A DNA stretch of 64,000 nucleotides, taken from contig JAQGDQ010000090.1 of the NCBI GenBank assembly GCA_030141605.1, positions 62,001-126,000 of the forward strand, read 5' to 3'. This document shows, piece after piece, positions 11,450-23,369 of the stretch (position 1 is the first letter of the stretch; every line of letters starts with the position of its first letter). A program made the translations under genes and the position numbers. The stretch is from Tubiluchus corallicola. Taxonomy: Eukaryota > Animalia > Priapulida. The notes under the pieces are model-generated. The model saw nothing but the letters and a program-made list of their open reading frames with translations. It searched no databases and was not told the origin of the DNA.

Positions 11450-12603
11450 CACACGCACACACACAAACACACGCACGCACGCACACACACACACACACAC
11501 ACACACGAAATTAGTGTAGAAGTGTAGGACTACCTGTGGGTGTTCCGTCAGGATTTCGTACCCCGGCACATGATATTCGATACTGGTGATTAGACGCGGG
11601 TTCAGCGTCAATAGCATGGCCTCTACCCACGGATTTTTCAGACCAATAACGAAACCTACAGCACCTTCCAGTTTGTTCTGATGGCTTCGAAGAACGCTGT
11701 GGAAGGCCTGTTCAGCGTCGTCGTGATGTCCTTTCAAGATATTTTCACCTGAAGTAAAGGCAAGAAGTAGAAAAGTAAATGTAATACATTTTGTTAAAAG
11801 CCACGATTTCTTTATGATAACATTATAGGCCAATTATCAGAAATGAGAAATGAAGGCTAGATTTTGCTCCATAAATACATTGCTATCTGCACTATATTGC
11901 TTCTATCAGTAATTAATTATTGTTTTATTTACGTTGTGGTTTTGGTAGTACGGTAATTTCTGTATTTACACTTAGTTTTGTCACATACAGTATTTTTGTT
12001 TTTGCAAATGTTTGCAAAATTTCTGGAAATCTAACATTCTTTTCTCAATGCCTGATGACAGTGCATCAAGACTTAATGCAAAAAATAGAGATTTTTTGCT
12101 ATGGTGTAAGAAGTATTAATGGTTTCACCTCTCCTCGCGTGCTGCTGAAGTTCATCCATCTCCTCTTCCGAGATGACAGCGCTTCCCTCGGAGTCAACAT
12201 TAGTATCACGAGAAGGAAAGTACCTCACGTCTCTCAGTGGAAGCTCCCCGTGATGGGTGAGAAGCTCCATGATGTGGGTGGGCGGATATCGCGGTGGGGG
12301 CCAGTTCGTGCCTGGACCGATGTACTTCATTCTTCCAACAATGTTTACACAGTCGATGTTTTTCTTGAAAACAGGATAGAACCGTCCTGGGGCTTTGTCG
12401 ACCACGTTAAAGGAGCATACGTCCCCGCAACCGCGCGAGGACATCAAGCGATTGGCTTCTTCCCAGCGTAGTATTACGTCACCGTAAACGAAAAATGACA
12501 TCACCATGCACCCTGCTAAAAGCAGAAAAAGTTTCTGTTTTCTGTGCACCGCCATTTTCACCACGTCACTGCAGTACTTCGCCGTCTTAGCCACTACCGC
12601 CAT
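10897..12603 (-). CDS. DUF268-family putative SAM-dependent methyltransferase-like protein with N-terminal signal anchor (~355 aa, or 339 aa from ATG 12555)
   Basis: Exons 12603-12129, 11748-11534, 11274-10897 with GT/AG ends and matching phases (1, 0). Motifs GFVIGLKNPWVEAMLL, ITSIEY, YDFGVAYLTVDSLGLGRYGEKLNPYADFEAM, CFTKSGGVFIL and NAYRVYG match the DUF268 pattern (GS..PWVE, SSIEHSGLGRYGDP..P.GD, KPGG.L, NAHRIYG). Hydrophobic N-terminal stretch LFLLLAGCMVMSFFVY follows basic residues. Confidence 0.85.
11379..11506. repeat. (CA)n-type microsatellite in DUF268 intron 2
   Basis: Imperfect acacacac run. Confidence 0.95.
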
Positions 12604-15600
12604 CAAATCCAAGTCAGTCACGTTCCTTATACATTTTTATTTGCAGAGCTAAATTATTTAAGACACAGACGCGTGAACATGGGGTTAAAGGTCAGTGATT
12701 AAAACTAGCCCTGAGGTGTTTCACTTTCACTTTTCTTGCACTGGCTACTGCGAGCCATAAATTCATAATGATTATCAATACACAATTGCTGTTCTACTTT
12801 GCTGTATAGCAGCAGCAAAGATAATGAGCAAAGTAGGCTGATATGATAGGTTCTGTAGGTTCATGTTAATAGTTGGTTTTCAGGTAGCGATAACGTCTCA
12901 GATGTGAATACTTTATTGACTTTCTCTTATCAGAGGCGCATATTTAGTGAACGTTTACAAGGTAGGGATCTAGCAGCCAATCTGTGACGTAGAGGATCGA
13001 TTAATGCTTTTGCTCATCGATCATTCATTAGCTCGCCTATTTTGGCTTATGTTGGTTTCATTAAACATGCAGCAACTGTCGTATTTTTAGAAACATGAAC
13101 TCAAATGAATTTATTTAAAAATTGACACGTTTGTTGAACCTTTGTGAAAATCATCGCACATGATTTTGCAACGTGTAATTTTTATTAAGTGCATGTTTTG
13201 TACGTCCGTTCTTCTCCCAGGCTTCTTATCAGTGGAATTCTCTATCAGAAAACCTCTGGAAAACTACAATCTCACCTGATTTAAGAAGAACATTGATACT
13301 GTCACTAGCAAATTAATTACAAGAATTAGATTTTTCTGGCCTTGTATTCATTTTTTAATCTTTTAACTGTAGCATCCTACCCTGAGAGACAATTAGCCTT
13401 ATTGGTACAAAAAATAAACGAAGCACTTTTTGTAGCACCCAAAGCCGTCATGTTAAAGAAAGATCAAGAGGTGCTTACGTATATTCTCTCCGCGCGATTA
13501 GTACTTAAATGGTAAATAAAGTCCTTTGACCTATTACGCTAAGCTGAGAGAGATATGTGTTGTTTAAATATAACAGATACTGCAGTGGGCCCCACCTTGA
13601 TCCTGTACATGGAATATTTGTTTAATGATTTTTGTGTGTAAAACTGTACCGTTTGCAGAAGAGTAGTGTTTGCAAACATGATTACGTAGAACGAGAAAGG
13701 TACTTGTACACTAGCCACAGATATTTTGTAACATTTTATTGCAAATTTTACTGAGCCAATCAACGGAAAGAGCCTGTTATAAACTGTACTTTAATTTAAC
13801 TTTTGCTTATTCATTTTCAATATTTTGTGTAAATCTAAAAGCACTTTAGGAATGACCTTCGTTCACTCAGAAATCAATAAATTGGTATTATTTCGTATTC
13901 AACAAAACAGTATCCACGTGTCATAGGCCAAGTTTATAACTTCCAAAGACTTTGTCAATTTTCCATTAACCTGCACCCTTCAGTGATTTCTATAGCTGCT
14001 ATTAATATTATAATGTATAATATGTATAATGGATTAAGTATGCGTATTTTAATCGTAATTAGTTTTGTTAAACCAGACACGAAACCACTGTTATGGAGTA
14101 TAAATAGACAATTCGCTATCCTAGACATGTGCACAGGGGTTGCGCTAAGGGAGGTTCAGCCCCTCAGCTTTTTGTTCTTTATATCAAAAGTGCTATTTTA
14201 TGTGGCTTCGACTGTTTTTTCTACTGATGCTAAATCACTATTCAGAAAGTTCGAATGAGAGGAATCCACTAGCTTCTTTTGCAGGTAATGATGAAAGACT
14301 ACGCCAAAAATTGTGAATGCAGGTAAAATGGTAATCACAAGGAACAGGACACGTACCATTTATTTTATTTTTCGACTTGTGCCCTTTTTCCTGGAACTTG
14401 TGCCTTGTTTGCAGTGTCATTATTAAGTGTGATATTTTCACCTTGTTGTTTTACGCCATCTAAAATATAGGTACACAATCGCTTCTTGCATGCATTAGTC
14501 TTGCATGCAAGGCTAACAGTTTAGTTATTTTATGTTAGCCTTAGCTTACTATTGTTTTTCCACAAAAGTTACATCTTGTGTCAAGTGATCAAAGGCATGT
14601 TAGAAAAGTACGTTATATAAGTATCAAAGACATGTTATATATCAAAGGTATGTTACATACCTTTTTTCACGTGAGATATATACTTTTATTGTGACTTCCA
14701 GGGCGACTGTCTTAGGTTTTTAACCCTTTATTGGTATATAAAACAGTTTTAGGGTAGTTTTGGCCATAGGGCGTCCTTGGGGCAAAACAAGAGAAATGCC
14801 AGGAGAAAACACTACAAATGCCTTGTATAGAGAAAATTCATAAATGCATAAAAGCCTATGAGAAATTTATGCAAACGGGCCAAAGGCAAAAGCCCACCCA
14901 CGGATTTAATTGCTCAGCATTTCTATTATCTAATTTATAACGTACCTGTAATTCATTTTTATATGTAGAAGCGAGCACAGATAGCACATTTCGTCCAAAT
15001 TATAAAAGAAATACTAATTTATTGGCAATAAAATTTTTCGTTCTTTTGAATGCCAAAGTTTACAAATGCGGTAATTGAAGTGTGTACGACGCGCTTTGAT
15101 GTTAGATTAATTTTATTCGTTCCAAAAATCAAGGTGGTTAAAATATTTGTAGTTAAAATTATTATGCTATAGTAGGTCAGCTGCTTGCGCCTCAATTAAT
15201 TTTTTGTCATAAGTTTGTGTTTGTACACAAATATCTTCTTTAGTTACACATCGAAACAAGTAGTTAGTAAACATAATATCTTGTAACTGAAAAAAACATA
15301 TTTCGTGGACAAGACATTGCAAAAATTAGAAATCTACGTATTAAATATTGTGGAAATTGTAGTCTCTGAAATTTAAAGTGGCCTTCTGCTCCACCACTGC
15401 ACCACAACGTACTAATAATATTTACCACATAATTTATTTTTTTAACAATGTGTGTACAGTAAATATAACGACGGTTTAATGGAGTGCCCGTTTTTAGTTG
15501 AGCCCTGGTGCTTTCGAAAGTCTGTACACGTCACTATGCAGCTACCACGTCACTATATCTCTATGAAATATTCACTGAATAGTCTACACAGGGCCTCTTT

Positions 15601-15636
15601 AAATTTCTGCATGTAATACTTTTATAACGTTAAATA

Positions 15637-15860
15637 CCGGGTTGCGTAGCACATTGGTAGCGGGTTCGCTTCGCATCCGGGAGGTCGTGGGTTCAACTCC
15701 CGAGCACTTAAAAATGGGACCGCCGGTTCTTCGACCAAGCATGGGGCTTTATCGAAGTAACATATGGGTAATAGTAATCGCGATTATCTTGAAAATAAGT
15801 ACTGAGGTACTTTAGATGTTATCCCTATACTATGTCCTAAACGAAATTATTATTATTATA
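15637..15860 (+). mobile_element. tRNA(Ala)-like SINE
   Basis: A-box tagcacattgg, cttcgcat anticodon-like loop, B-box ggttcaactcc, then ttaaaaatgggaccgccgg...ccaagcatg core shared with 2085-2330; (att)n tail. Confidence 0.65.
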
Positions 15861-17269
15861 GACCAAATCATAATCTGCAATGCTACATATTTGTTAAGTA
15901 TATGGTACAAGAGCGACCCAAAGACTTATCGATGTAATCTTAAAAACGTGTACATGGGTTTATTTGTTTTTTTGGTGTCAGTTAGTTTGACAGACAAATT
16001 GTTAGGCTAGATGTACTCAGGAGTTATGCATATCATTCACCATTGCCTCTAATTAAAGTTATGATTTCTTCAGTAATTTAATTCTACCATTTGTTCTCGT
16101 TCATAGAGCAGCAAACACTTATATATAGGAGTACATGAATTATCATTATCACACTCAATTATATCAACTATATGGGTAAGTTGACTCACAAAAACAGGTT
16201 TTTAAATTATAGTAAAGAAAACATTAACCCATGTTTTTGTCCGGTCCACGGCAATCACAGCTGGCAGAGGCTCATTTGAAAGTTTGGAACACTGTAGTCT
16301 GGTGAAAGTATTTGTTTCGTACAGGTAATAAAATTTTATTGTGTCGTGTCTGCTGCAGTAGAAGATGACAGAGAACAACGAATTTGTTACGCTTATCTTT
16401 AGTTATTTTGATGCATTAGAATTGTACCACTGCATGTGGTTTCCTGATTTTTATTTTACCTATAACAGCTACAGGGACAGCTATCTGCTTTTTCAAATTA
16501 AAAAGAATTAGGCAATTGTTATTCATAATAAATGATAGTTCACAATAAATAAGCGTCTATACGCAAGCAGTACAATTAAGCTAAAAGAACTAAAATTAAT
16601 TACTTTACTTCATCTTTATTTTAATTATAAATTTCCATAATTATGCATTTGTTTATTTACTTGAAAAAGCAGAGTCTGCGAAACTCAAAGCTGCTATAAA
16701 TCAAATAAACAATTAGAAGCGCTTCGTCTTAAGAATGCTATATTAATTAATTGTCATTTTAAAATTTACGCTTGAAATCTATTGACTGACCTTTGCCATC
16801 TGTGAATTCTGCTGCCAACCTTGATGCTGAAATTCAGAAGTGGTTAGAATACTAAACAGATGAGTTGACGTTTGCGTATAGTTACAAAGTTACTGCTATT
16901 TTTATGTTTTAGACTTTCAGCACAGAAGGTTATTTAATAAGAATGTAACTTAATATAAGTGTAGGTGTTCTGTGTTAGTTCAACTGTAACTTATGTAAAA
17001 CCCCGAGGGCATTGACCGGGCATTTAAACAATTTATGCGTGCTATATGAATTAAATTACATTTACACATATCTGTTTGGTATTAAAAGTTGAATTTAAAG
17101 TCTTGAAAATAATTTTGCATTTTACATTTTGGTGTATGCTTTTTAACAAACAGTGCTTGCAAACAATTGTTCATTTTTGTGAATTTTAAAGAAAATCTGT
17201 TTCGCAAAACACTAACTTTTGAAAGTACGTGCATAGTACGGACGAATAAGTTTAGTTTTTACATGACTG

Positions 17270-17530
17270 TGGTTATGAAGCGATGATTAAAATCCCAATT
17301 GTACAAGCATATTAAGATTTCTACACAATCTTGTTTTTATATAAATACATCAACAATATTAACACGCCCTTCATCAAAAATAAGCTTCCACTCCTCTTGG
17401 AGCCAACATTAAATCCAAGAACACACAATATTAAACAAATACGCACTAATAACAAATACGGCAAAAATTCTATCACTTAAACAAGGAGTTCAACTTTGGA
17501 ATACCCTGCCATCAATTCAAGTCTTTCGAT
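17270..17530 (+). mobile_element. LINE (CR1/L2-like) ORF2 3' remnant
   Basis: acaaggagttcaactttggaataccctgcca translates to QGVQLWNTLP, the G..LWN.LP motif near the end of CR1/L2-clade ORF2. Confidence 0.5.
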
Positions 17531-17840
17531 GAATTCAAATCAAAATTAAAAATACATACATAAATCGTTTTGAAAAACCTACATACGTAAACGATAATAT
17601 ATATTCATCCGAAAATTTCATTTACCCACGTCCATTTTAAATTGTATGTATATATTGTATATAGTCTATTATAATTTGCGTGTAACAGTATAATGTATAT
17701 TTTGTTTTAAATTTTTGGCACAGTAGTTTCTAGTTTGCACTGGACGCATTTGCCTTTAACAGTTGTGTGAATTTTACTCATGCTGTGATGTTCTTTTATG
17801 CTTTTATAGTTATGAATATCGATTTTTATGGCAAATCAAG

Positions 17841-17842
<2 letters not shown>

Positions 17843-17898
<56 letters not shown>

Positions 17899-17901
17899 CA
17901 T
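17843..17901. repeat. (TA)n microsatellite
   Basis: tatatata run. Confidence 0.95.
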
Positions 17902-18486
17902 ATTAGAATACATGATGCAGGATATGATTTAAGGATCTTAGAAAAGGGCATTCCTATTATTTTAAAACCTTTGAATGTGAAGGTCTGCACGTGTTAATAG
18001 ATAAGTTATCGATTTACTCGAAATAGCCATCTGTAATCTGTAATCATTATAAAAATTTTAAGCATTTAGGAAACAAGCAGGTATTATTATTATTCCTATG
18101 AGTTATCTCGAGATTGATACATTTGACTAAAGGCTTGAAACTATTTTTCGTGTTGCTCTCGTCTCAATCTGTGGTATATCGTGTTGCATTATTATATGTT
18201 ATATTGCATTGCAGCGGGGTTTAGCACCAGTTCAGTTAAAATGTAAGCTTTCCAATGCCGTGTAGGCTGTGTTCTCTTACTTCTTTCCATGGCATGTGAT
18301 GTTAAGTCATCTTATAATGTATCGTGTCGCGTTGTGTTGTTAAAGCTGTGTTATACTATGCTCTCTCGCTACACTATGCCCATTCTGGTGTGTGTGTTTT
18401 TCTGAGTAAAAATGGTTTTAGTTTGAAAAATTTAAGATACTTTGTTAGGTGATAGAGAGCACCTTTAGTGACATATTCTTGGCCAG

Positions 18487-21400
18487 ATGTCAGTTCGTTG
18501 TGGACCTCACGTTGTTCCAGTGGTGGCACTTCTAGTAGTCACGTTATTCTGCAAGCAGGCATCTCAAGCTGGTAAGTACATTTTCTTGTAATTTGTATTA
18601 ATTGGCATATTTGAAACTTAATTTGCATTACTCACTGAAGGTAAAAGACAAGTGTGCAGAGGTCAGATAAATTATTTTGTTCCCATTTTAAGTACCTATT
18701 GAGATGCACTCAGGTTAAGTATTTGCAGGTACAGTGTTTGGAAGGTGTTTGCTATTGGTAAATCTTATACTAAAATTAATGTATTGCTATATATTGCGAA
18801 ATTAGTTCTCGCAATTGTTAAGTCAGTACGGTAACAGCTAAATGATTAAATTGAAGAAACATGTTGCTGATTAGCCTGGTTTTCCTAAAGAATGGGTAAC
18901 AAAAAATGAAGTTTTAAAATTCGTTAACATCTTAAAGTGTGCTACATAATTTTGATGATTTCAGGTACACCGACGCAGAGGAAATTTGGCAAATTACAAT
19001 GATAGTAAAATGTATTTGCGCATGGGTATTATTTTTTGCTCTTTAAATTAGTTTTAAAATTATTTTTTCAGTTGTGTGCACTTCCGGTGCAGCTCTTGGA
19101 AACGTTGCTTGCAAATGTGCAGCAGCCAGCAACAGCAATGACACAAACCATGGGTGCCCATGTTGCGCATGCGCTCTTGCAGCCGAGTCTGGTGATGAGT
19201 CATGTGGAACACACGGAGAATGTGTAGTGGCCGGTGATGGGTTTACCAGAAAATGCAAATGCAAATATGGTTACACGGGAAGAACTTGTGAGATACGTAC
19301 GTACAATATAAAGTAAAAAATAATTAACAACTATTAATAATTAATATATGTAATTTACAAAAGCAACAACTGACAACACCTGCCATAGCAACAGTAACAA
19401 TAATATCAGTGACGACGATATTAACAGCAACACCAACAGGGCAGTAGCAGCAGCAGCAACAGTAGCTGGAGTAACTACAATAGTAGCAACAAAAACTGAA
19501 TTATACCTAGCTAGGATAACATTTATTATGTTTTTTTGTAGATTACGCTGATAAGAATCATACCATAGATTTCTTTGATTTGCAAGCTGCCATTGAAGAA
19601 CAAAGCATAGTTCTGATTGATGTGAGGACACGCAAGGAGATAGAACAAACTGGAATGATGCCAACAGCAGTTAATATACCAAGTATCAGTGCTAGCAATT
19701 TGAGTATTCAGTGCTCTGGTGTTTGTTTTTAATAAGAATATCGATATATCTTATAGCAGAGTAATGGAAAATTTTGAGATGCTGTTTGGTGGTAAGTCGC
19801 GGGTATGGAAACACGCACTAAATTCCGAAGTAGATGAACTGAAATGAGTACTCTATACAAATGTGTGAATTCCCTTAAAATAGGCACTTAAAATAAATGC
19901 TTGACAGTGCGAGCATCTTGACATTCCTAGGTACAAAACAGCTGCTTATAAGTCCACTTTTTTCGCTCCCTGGGTCTAATTTATGGAATTCGCAACTAGT
20001 TTTTCTGGACTCAACCACTTCAGTCGATTAAAGAAAAATTTCAAAAGATACTGCCTCTTATTAGTCAGTTAGTTAGGTCTATGTAATCTAAATGTGCGTT
20101 ATTAGTAACATGTCTCTAGCAATCTTTGCACTTAATAAAAATCGTGTTATTTCCTAAAAGCATCGTTTTTTATTTAAGTTTTACTCTTGCTCTGGGTTGT
20201 GACTTTGGGTCGGATGTTACTTTAAAGCTAATCTGAACATCAAAGTTATCGTTACACAGTTTTTTGTCACCACGGAAACTACAGGGCGTGTTTCCAGTGT
20301 TGTAACTGCAGTAAGTCCAAGCTTTAACAATGCTAAACGATTCCAGCAAAACGCGATGTTAAGCGAAACGTTGTTAAACGAAACCTAGACTTCCTTAGAA
20401 AGTAATGTAAATGTGCGTTCCAGAGGCAAACATCAATGCAAGCCTTAAACATATAATTTATACGTTTTATGAGTTCTATTTATATTTCTACTGCAAAATA
20501 TATGGATCATGTAGTGATGTGGTGTTGTCTGATAGGATGTGATGTGGCGGGAATAATGTGAGAAAATGTTATATAGTTTGATGTTGACGTGATAATCAAT
20601 GATGTAATGTGATATGGAAGGAACAGAGGATATAGTTCTGAATATTCTTAACGGCGATTTAAATATTGCAGTTCATGATGGAGAATTGAAAACTGCCCTT
20701 CGACTGGACTCAGAAGAATTTAAAGCAAAGTATGGCGAAGGATTCAAAGAAAAATATGGCATTGAGAAATCCACATTTGACCGCGCCATTGTTTTCACTT
20801 GTAGAACGGGGCGAAGGAGTCTGATTGCGTTGAAACAAGCTATTGATACAGGCTACGAAAAGTAAGTTTATGTTGCTCTTAGAATTGTTGGGTGAGATAA
20901 TTTAGATTTTAAACTAGTTTTAGGCGCCAGGCTTCATCAGTGCTCCTACTTTTGGTTCACAAAATGCATTTGGTGTTTGTGTAAACTTTGAGGGTGTGAT
21001 ATAAGATTCAACGAGTTGTGGATTTTTTAGTAGGTATCTTCTTACCCAGTGCCCAATTTCACTAAGCCGTCACTAAGTTAACAATATCATTATTAATAGT
21101 TTAGTGAATGTTTTTTCGACGTCGCTAACTTAGTGACGGATTTGTGAAACCAGACCCAGAACATTTTTGTACATGTATAATAAAACTTTGATGCAATGGC
21201 AAGTTGTATTACAGTTTTCTAGTAATTGTTCATCAGTACAAACCACAATAAGTGGTCAACCCTCTACATTACATCTTATCGCACCACATCACTCCGTACC
21301 GTACCATACCCACTTCATCTCACCACACAATGCCACACGACGCCACACCACACCACACGTCACCACACCACACCACACCACACCACACCACACCACACCA

Positions 21401-21786
21401 CATCACATCACATCACATCACATCACATCACATCACATCACATCACATCACACTTATCACATCACAGTACAAAACACCACATTATGTGACGTGATATATG
21501 CTAGAAAGCAGTCTAATTTTAATTTTTGCCAGTTGCTCATTACAAAATTAGTAAGCCTTGCAATTTATTTACTTATTAGTGCTATTATTTTTTATTTTGT
21601 TTTAGCACCCGTCATTTTCCAGGCGGTTGGAAACACTGGACTTCAATGCTAGCAGTACGTGATACTAATTATGACATCACTAATAACGCTGATAAGCCTA
21701 GATTACAGTTCATCACATATTTCTTCCTGCTTTATACTTTGTTCACTTTTGATAGGCCTGTTGTCAGCACTTGTTCGCATGCTTGA
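18487..21786 (+). CDS. Predicted secreted or membrane-anchored EGF-like + rhodanese (TSTD/Hsp67B2-like sulfurtransferase) protein, 273 aa
   Basis: Exons 18487-18571 (signal peptide MSVRCGPHVVPVVALLVVTLFCKQASQA), 19072-19296 (12 Cys, including EGF-like C..SCGTHGEC..KCKCKYGYTGRTC), 19542-19682 (LIDVRTRKEIEQTGMMPTAVNIP), 20672-20861 (FKEKYG...IVFTCRTGRRS), 21606-21786 (HFPGGWKHW...LQFITYFFLLYTLFTF...stop). All junctions GT-AG with phases 1,1,1,2; total 822 nt, open frame. In-frame TAG upstream of the ATG. Confidence 0.82.
19072..19296 (+). CDS. Cys-rich/EGF-like exon (phase 1-1) of the EGF-rhodanese gene
   Basis: ttttcag|ttgtg...gatac|gtacgt; C-x-C-x2-G-Y-x-G-x2-C EGF signature. Confidence 0.85.
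19542..19682 (+). CDS. Rhodanese domain exon A
   Basis: ttgtag|attac...ccaa|gtatca; LIDVR..E...G..P.AVNIP. Confidence 0.88.
20672..20861 (+). CDS. Rhodanese domain exon B (active-site CRTGRR)
   Basis: ttgcag|ttcat...gaaaa|gtaagt. Confidence 0.9.
21050..21156. mobile_element. PIF/Harbinger-like MITE (107 bp)
   Basis: ~30-bp imperfect TIRs (ttcactaagccgtcactaagtta / taacttagtgacggatttgtgaa); 3-bp CAG direct repeat at 21047-21049 and 21157-21159. Confidence 0.65.
21265..21480. repeat. Compound pentanucleotide microsatellite (CACCA)n(CATCA)n
   Basis: caccacacca...catcacatca runs with degenerate flanks. Confidence 0.92.
21606..21786 (+). CDS. Rhodanese terminal exon (GGW..W + hydrophobic tail)
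   Basis: ttttag|cacccgt...; rhodanese C-terminal signature FPGGWKHW; TGA at 21784-21786. Confidence 0.8.
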
Positions 21787-23369
21787 GTGTGACAGCATGT
21801 TTATCTTTATTTAATTTGCATTTTGATAACTAACTTGATTAATGACTTTTTACGTTTGTTTTCAATGCAGCTTACGAGAGCGTTAGTGTCGGTATGATTG
21901 GCAGTTTGGGCACCCAAGCTCAACTAATTGCACATTGCACAAATTCGTAGAGATCACAGATGCCAGGAGATCTTCAGTAATTTTTTTTGTTAACTCTATT
22001 CATGTAGATCTGTGTACGTTTCAACTGCAAGTAGATAAGAAGAGCTCATTAATTTTTATTGTACATAGTTTGATTGAGTTTTGTATTTCAACTGAGACCA
22101 ACTTGCATGACAGTTTTAATAGCAAATAATTTTTTTAAAATTAAATGTTAATAATTTGAATTATTCATTCAAAGCGTTCAGAAAAAACAGTGCGGCAGAA
22201 CTTATGTTGATGTGCTTATGCTGGTAAGCAAAATCCAAATTATATGGCAAGAAAATTGAATTATAAAATAAAAATGCATTTTTATGTAATTATGTTATCA
22301 TATTTTTGGAACACCCTGTATTAGCGTAGGATGCCATTGTAAACAGTGAATGTTTTATAAAACCTTACAGATTTACATATGTCACAATGGTTTGCTATGG
22401 TAAATAAGATTTTTCATATTTTGTTATGGCATATAAAATTATTACTAAACTATATTGTTTGCTGTTTTTAGTAAAAAAAATAAGATAAAGATAAGATCTC
22501 CAGTCATTCTTTTCTGCTGATTTTTAATTATTGATTTTGAGTTGCCCACACGAAGAAAAGTTTTTTTTACACAAATTTAACCTTAGTCTCTATTTAACCA
22601 ATGTTGCTTGCCACTTCTTATGGAATAAAATGATCTGTCACTCTACAGCAGGTTAAACATAAAAAGCGATCATACTATCTGCTATAACGCTACGCCATCT
22701 AACGGGCGGGGTTTTAACTTAAGCAGGTTGAGCATAAAAAGTTTAAAGCTGCCTCCTCGTTCTTTCGTCATCGGGCCGATTGCGGCATTCCTCACGAAAA
22801 TGGAACATATTGTTTTCTGTGGTGCATTTCGCAGTGAGGACGCACGGCACAATTTCTCGTCCGTTCTGCCGCGAGCTAGAAGCTATGTGTTCTCCTCGGA
22901 ATTTTGACGCATTTTGCCACATGGTGGTAATACTGCATGTTCTATTTTTGTGAGGAATCCTTCGCGAAATTCGATCTTAAATTTAATCACTCAATTACCT
23001 CTTTTTTTTAACGAACAGCAATTAACACATTTAAGCATAAAATTCTAAGATATAATCTCTCTTTTAACAGACTGACGATTTTATGTTTTATTAATGCAAC
23101 GTCGATGGCTATATAAGTGAAAAAGAAAAATAACGCATGCATATATTTGTTTTATTATATATTTATTTTCAGATTTTGAAGTGGTTAGTTGAACTTTACT
23201 AAAAAAACAAACCGATCTGACATTACTTTGACTAACATTATTATTTGTACTTCAATTCAATTCAATTCAACTCAATTCAGACATGGTTATACAATGTTAA
23301 ACTCGCAAAGTAGCTGCAGCTATATGGGCGCGCGAGAAAATTCCGTTTCTAACAACAATTCCGTACATC

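Noticed and set aside
11920-12471. 183-aa plus-strand ORF
   Set aside because: Antisense shadow of DUF268 exon 1; no recognisable motifs or splice support.
15640-15710. Genuine tRNA-Ala(CGC) gene
   Set aside because: Acceptor stem does not pair, and the sequence continues into a core shared with another dispersed copy; SINE.
21167-21652. His/Thr-rich ORFs in three frames
   Set aside because: Translations of (CACCA)n(CATCA)n; only 21606 onward is coding, in a different frame.
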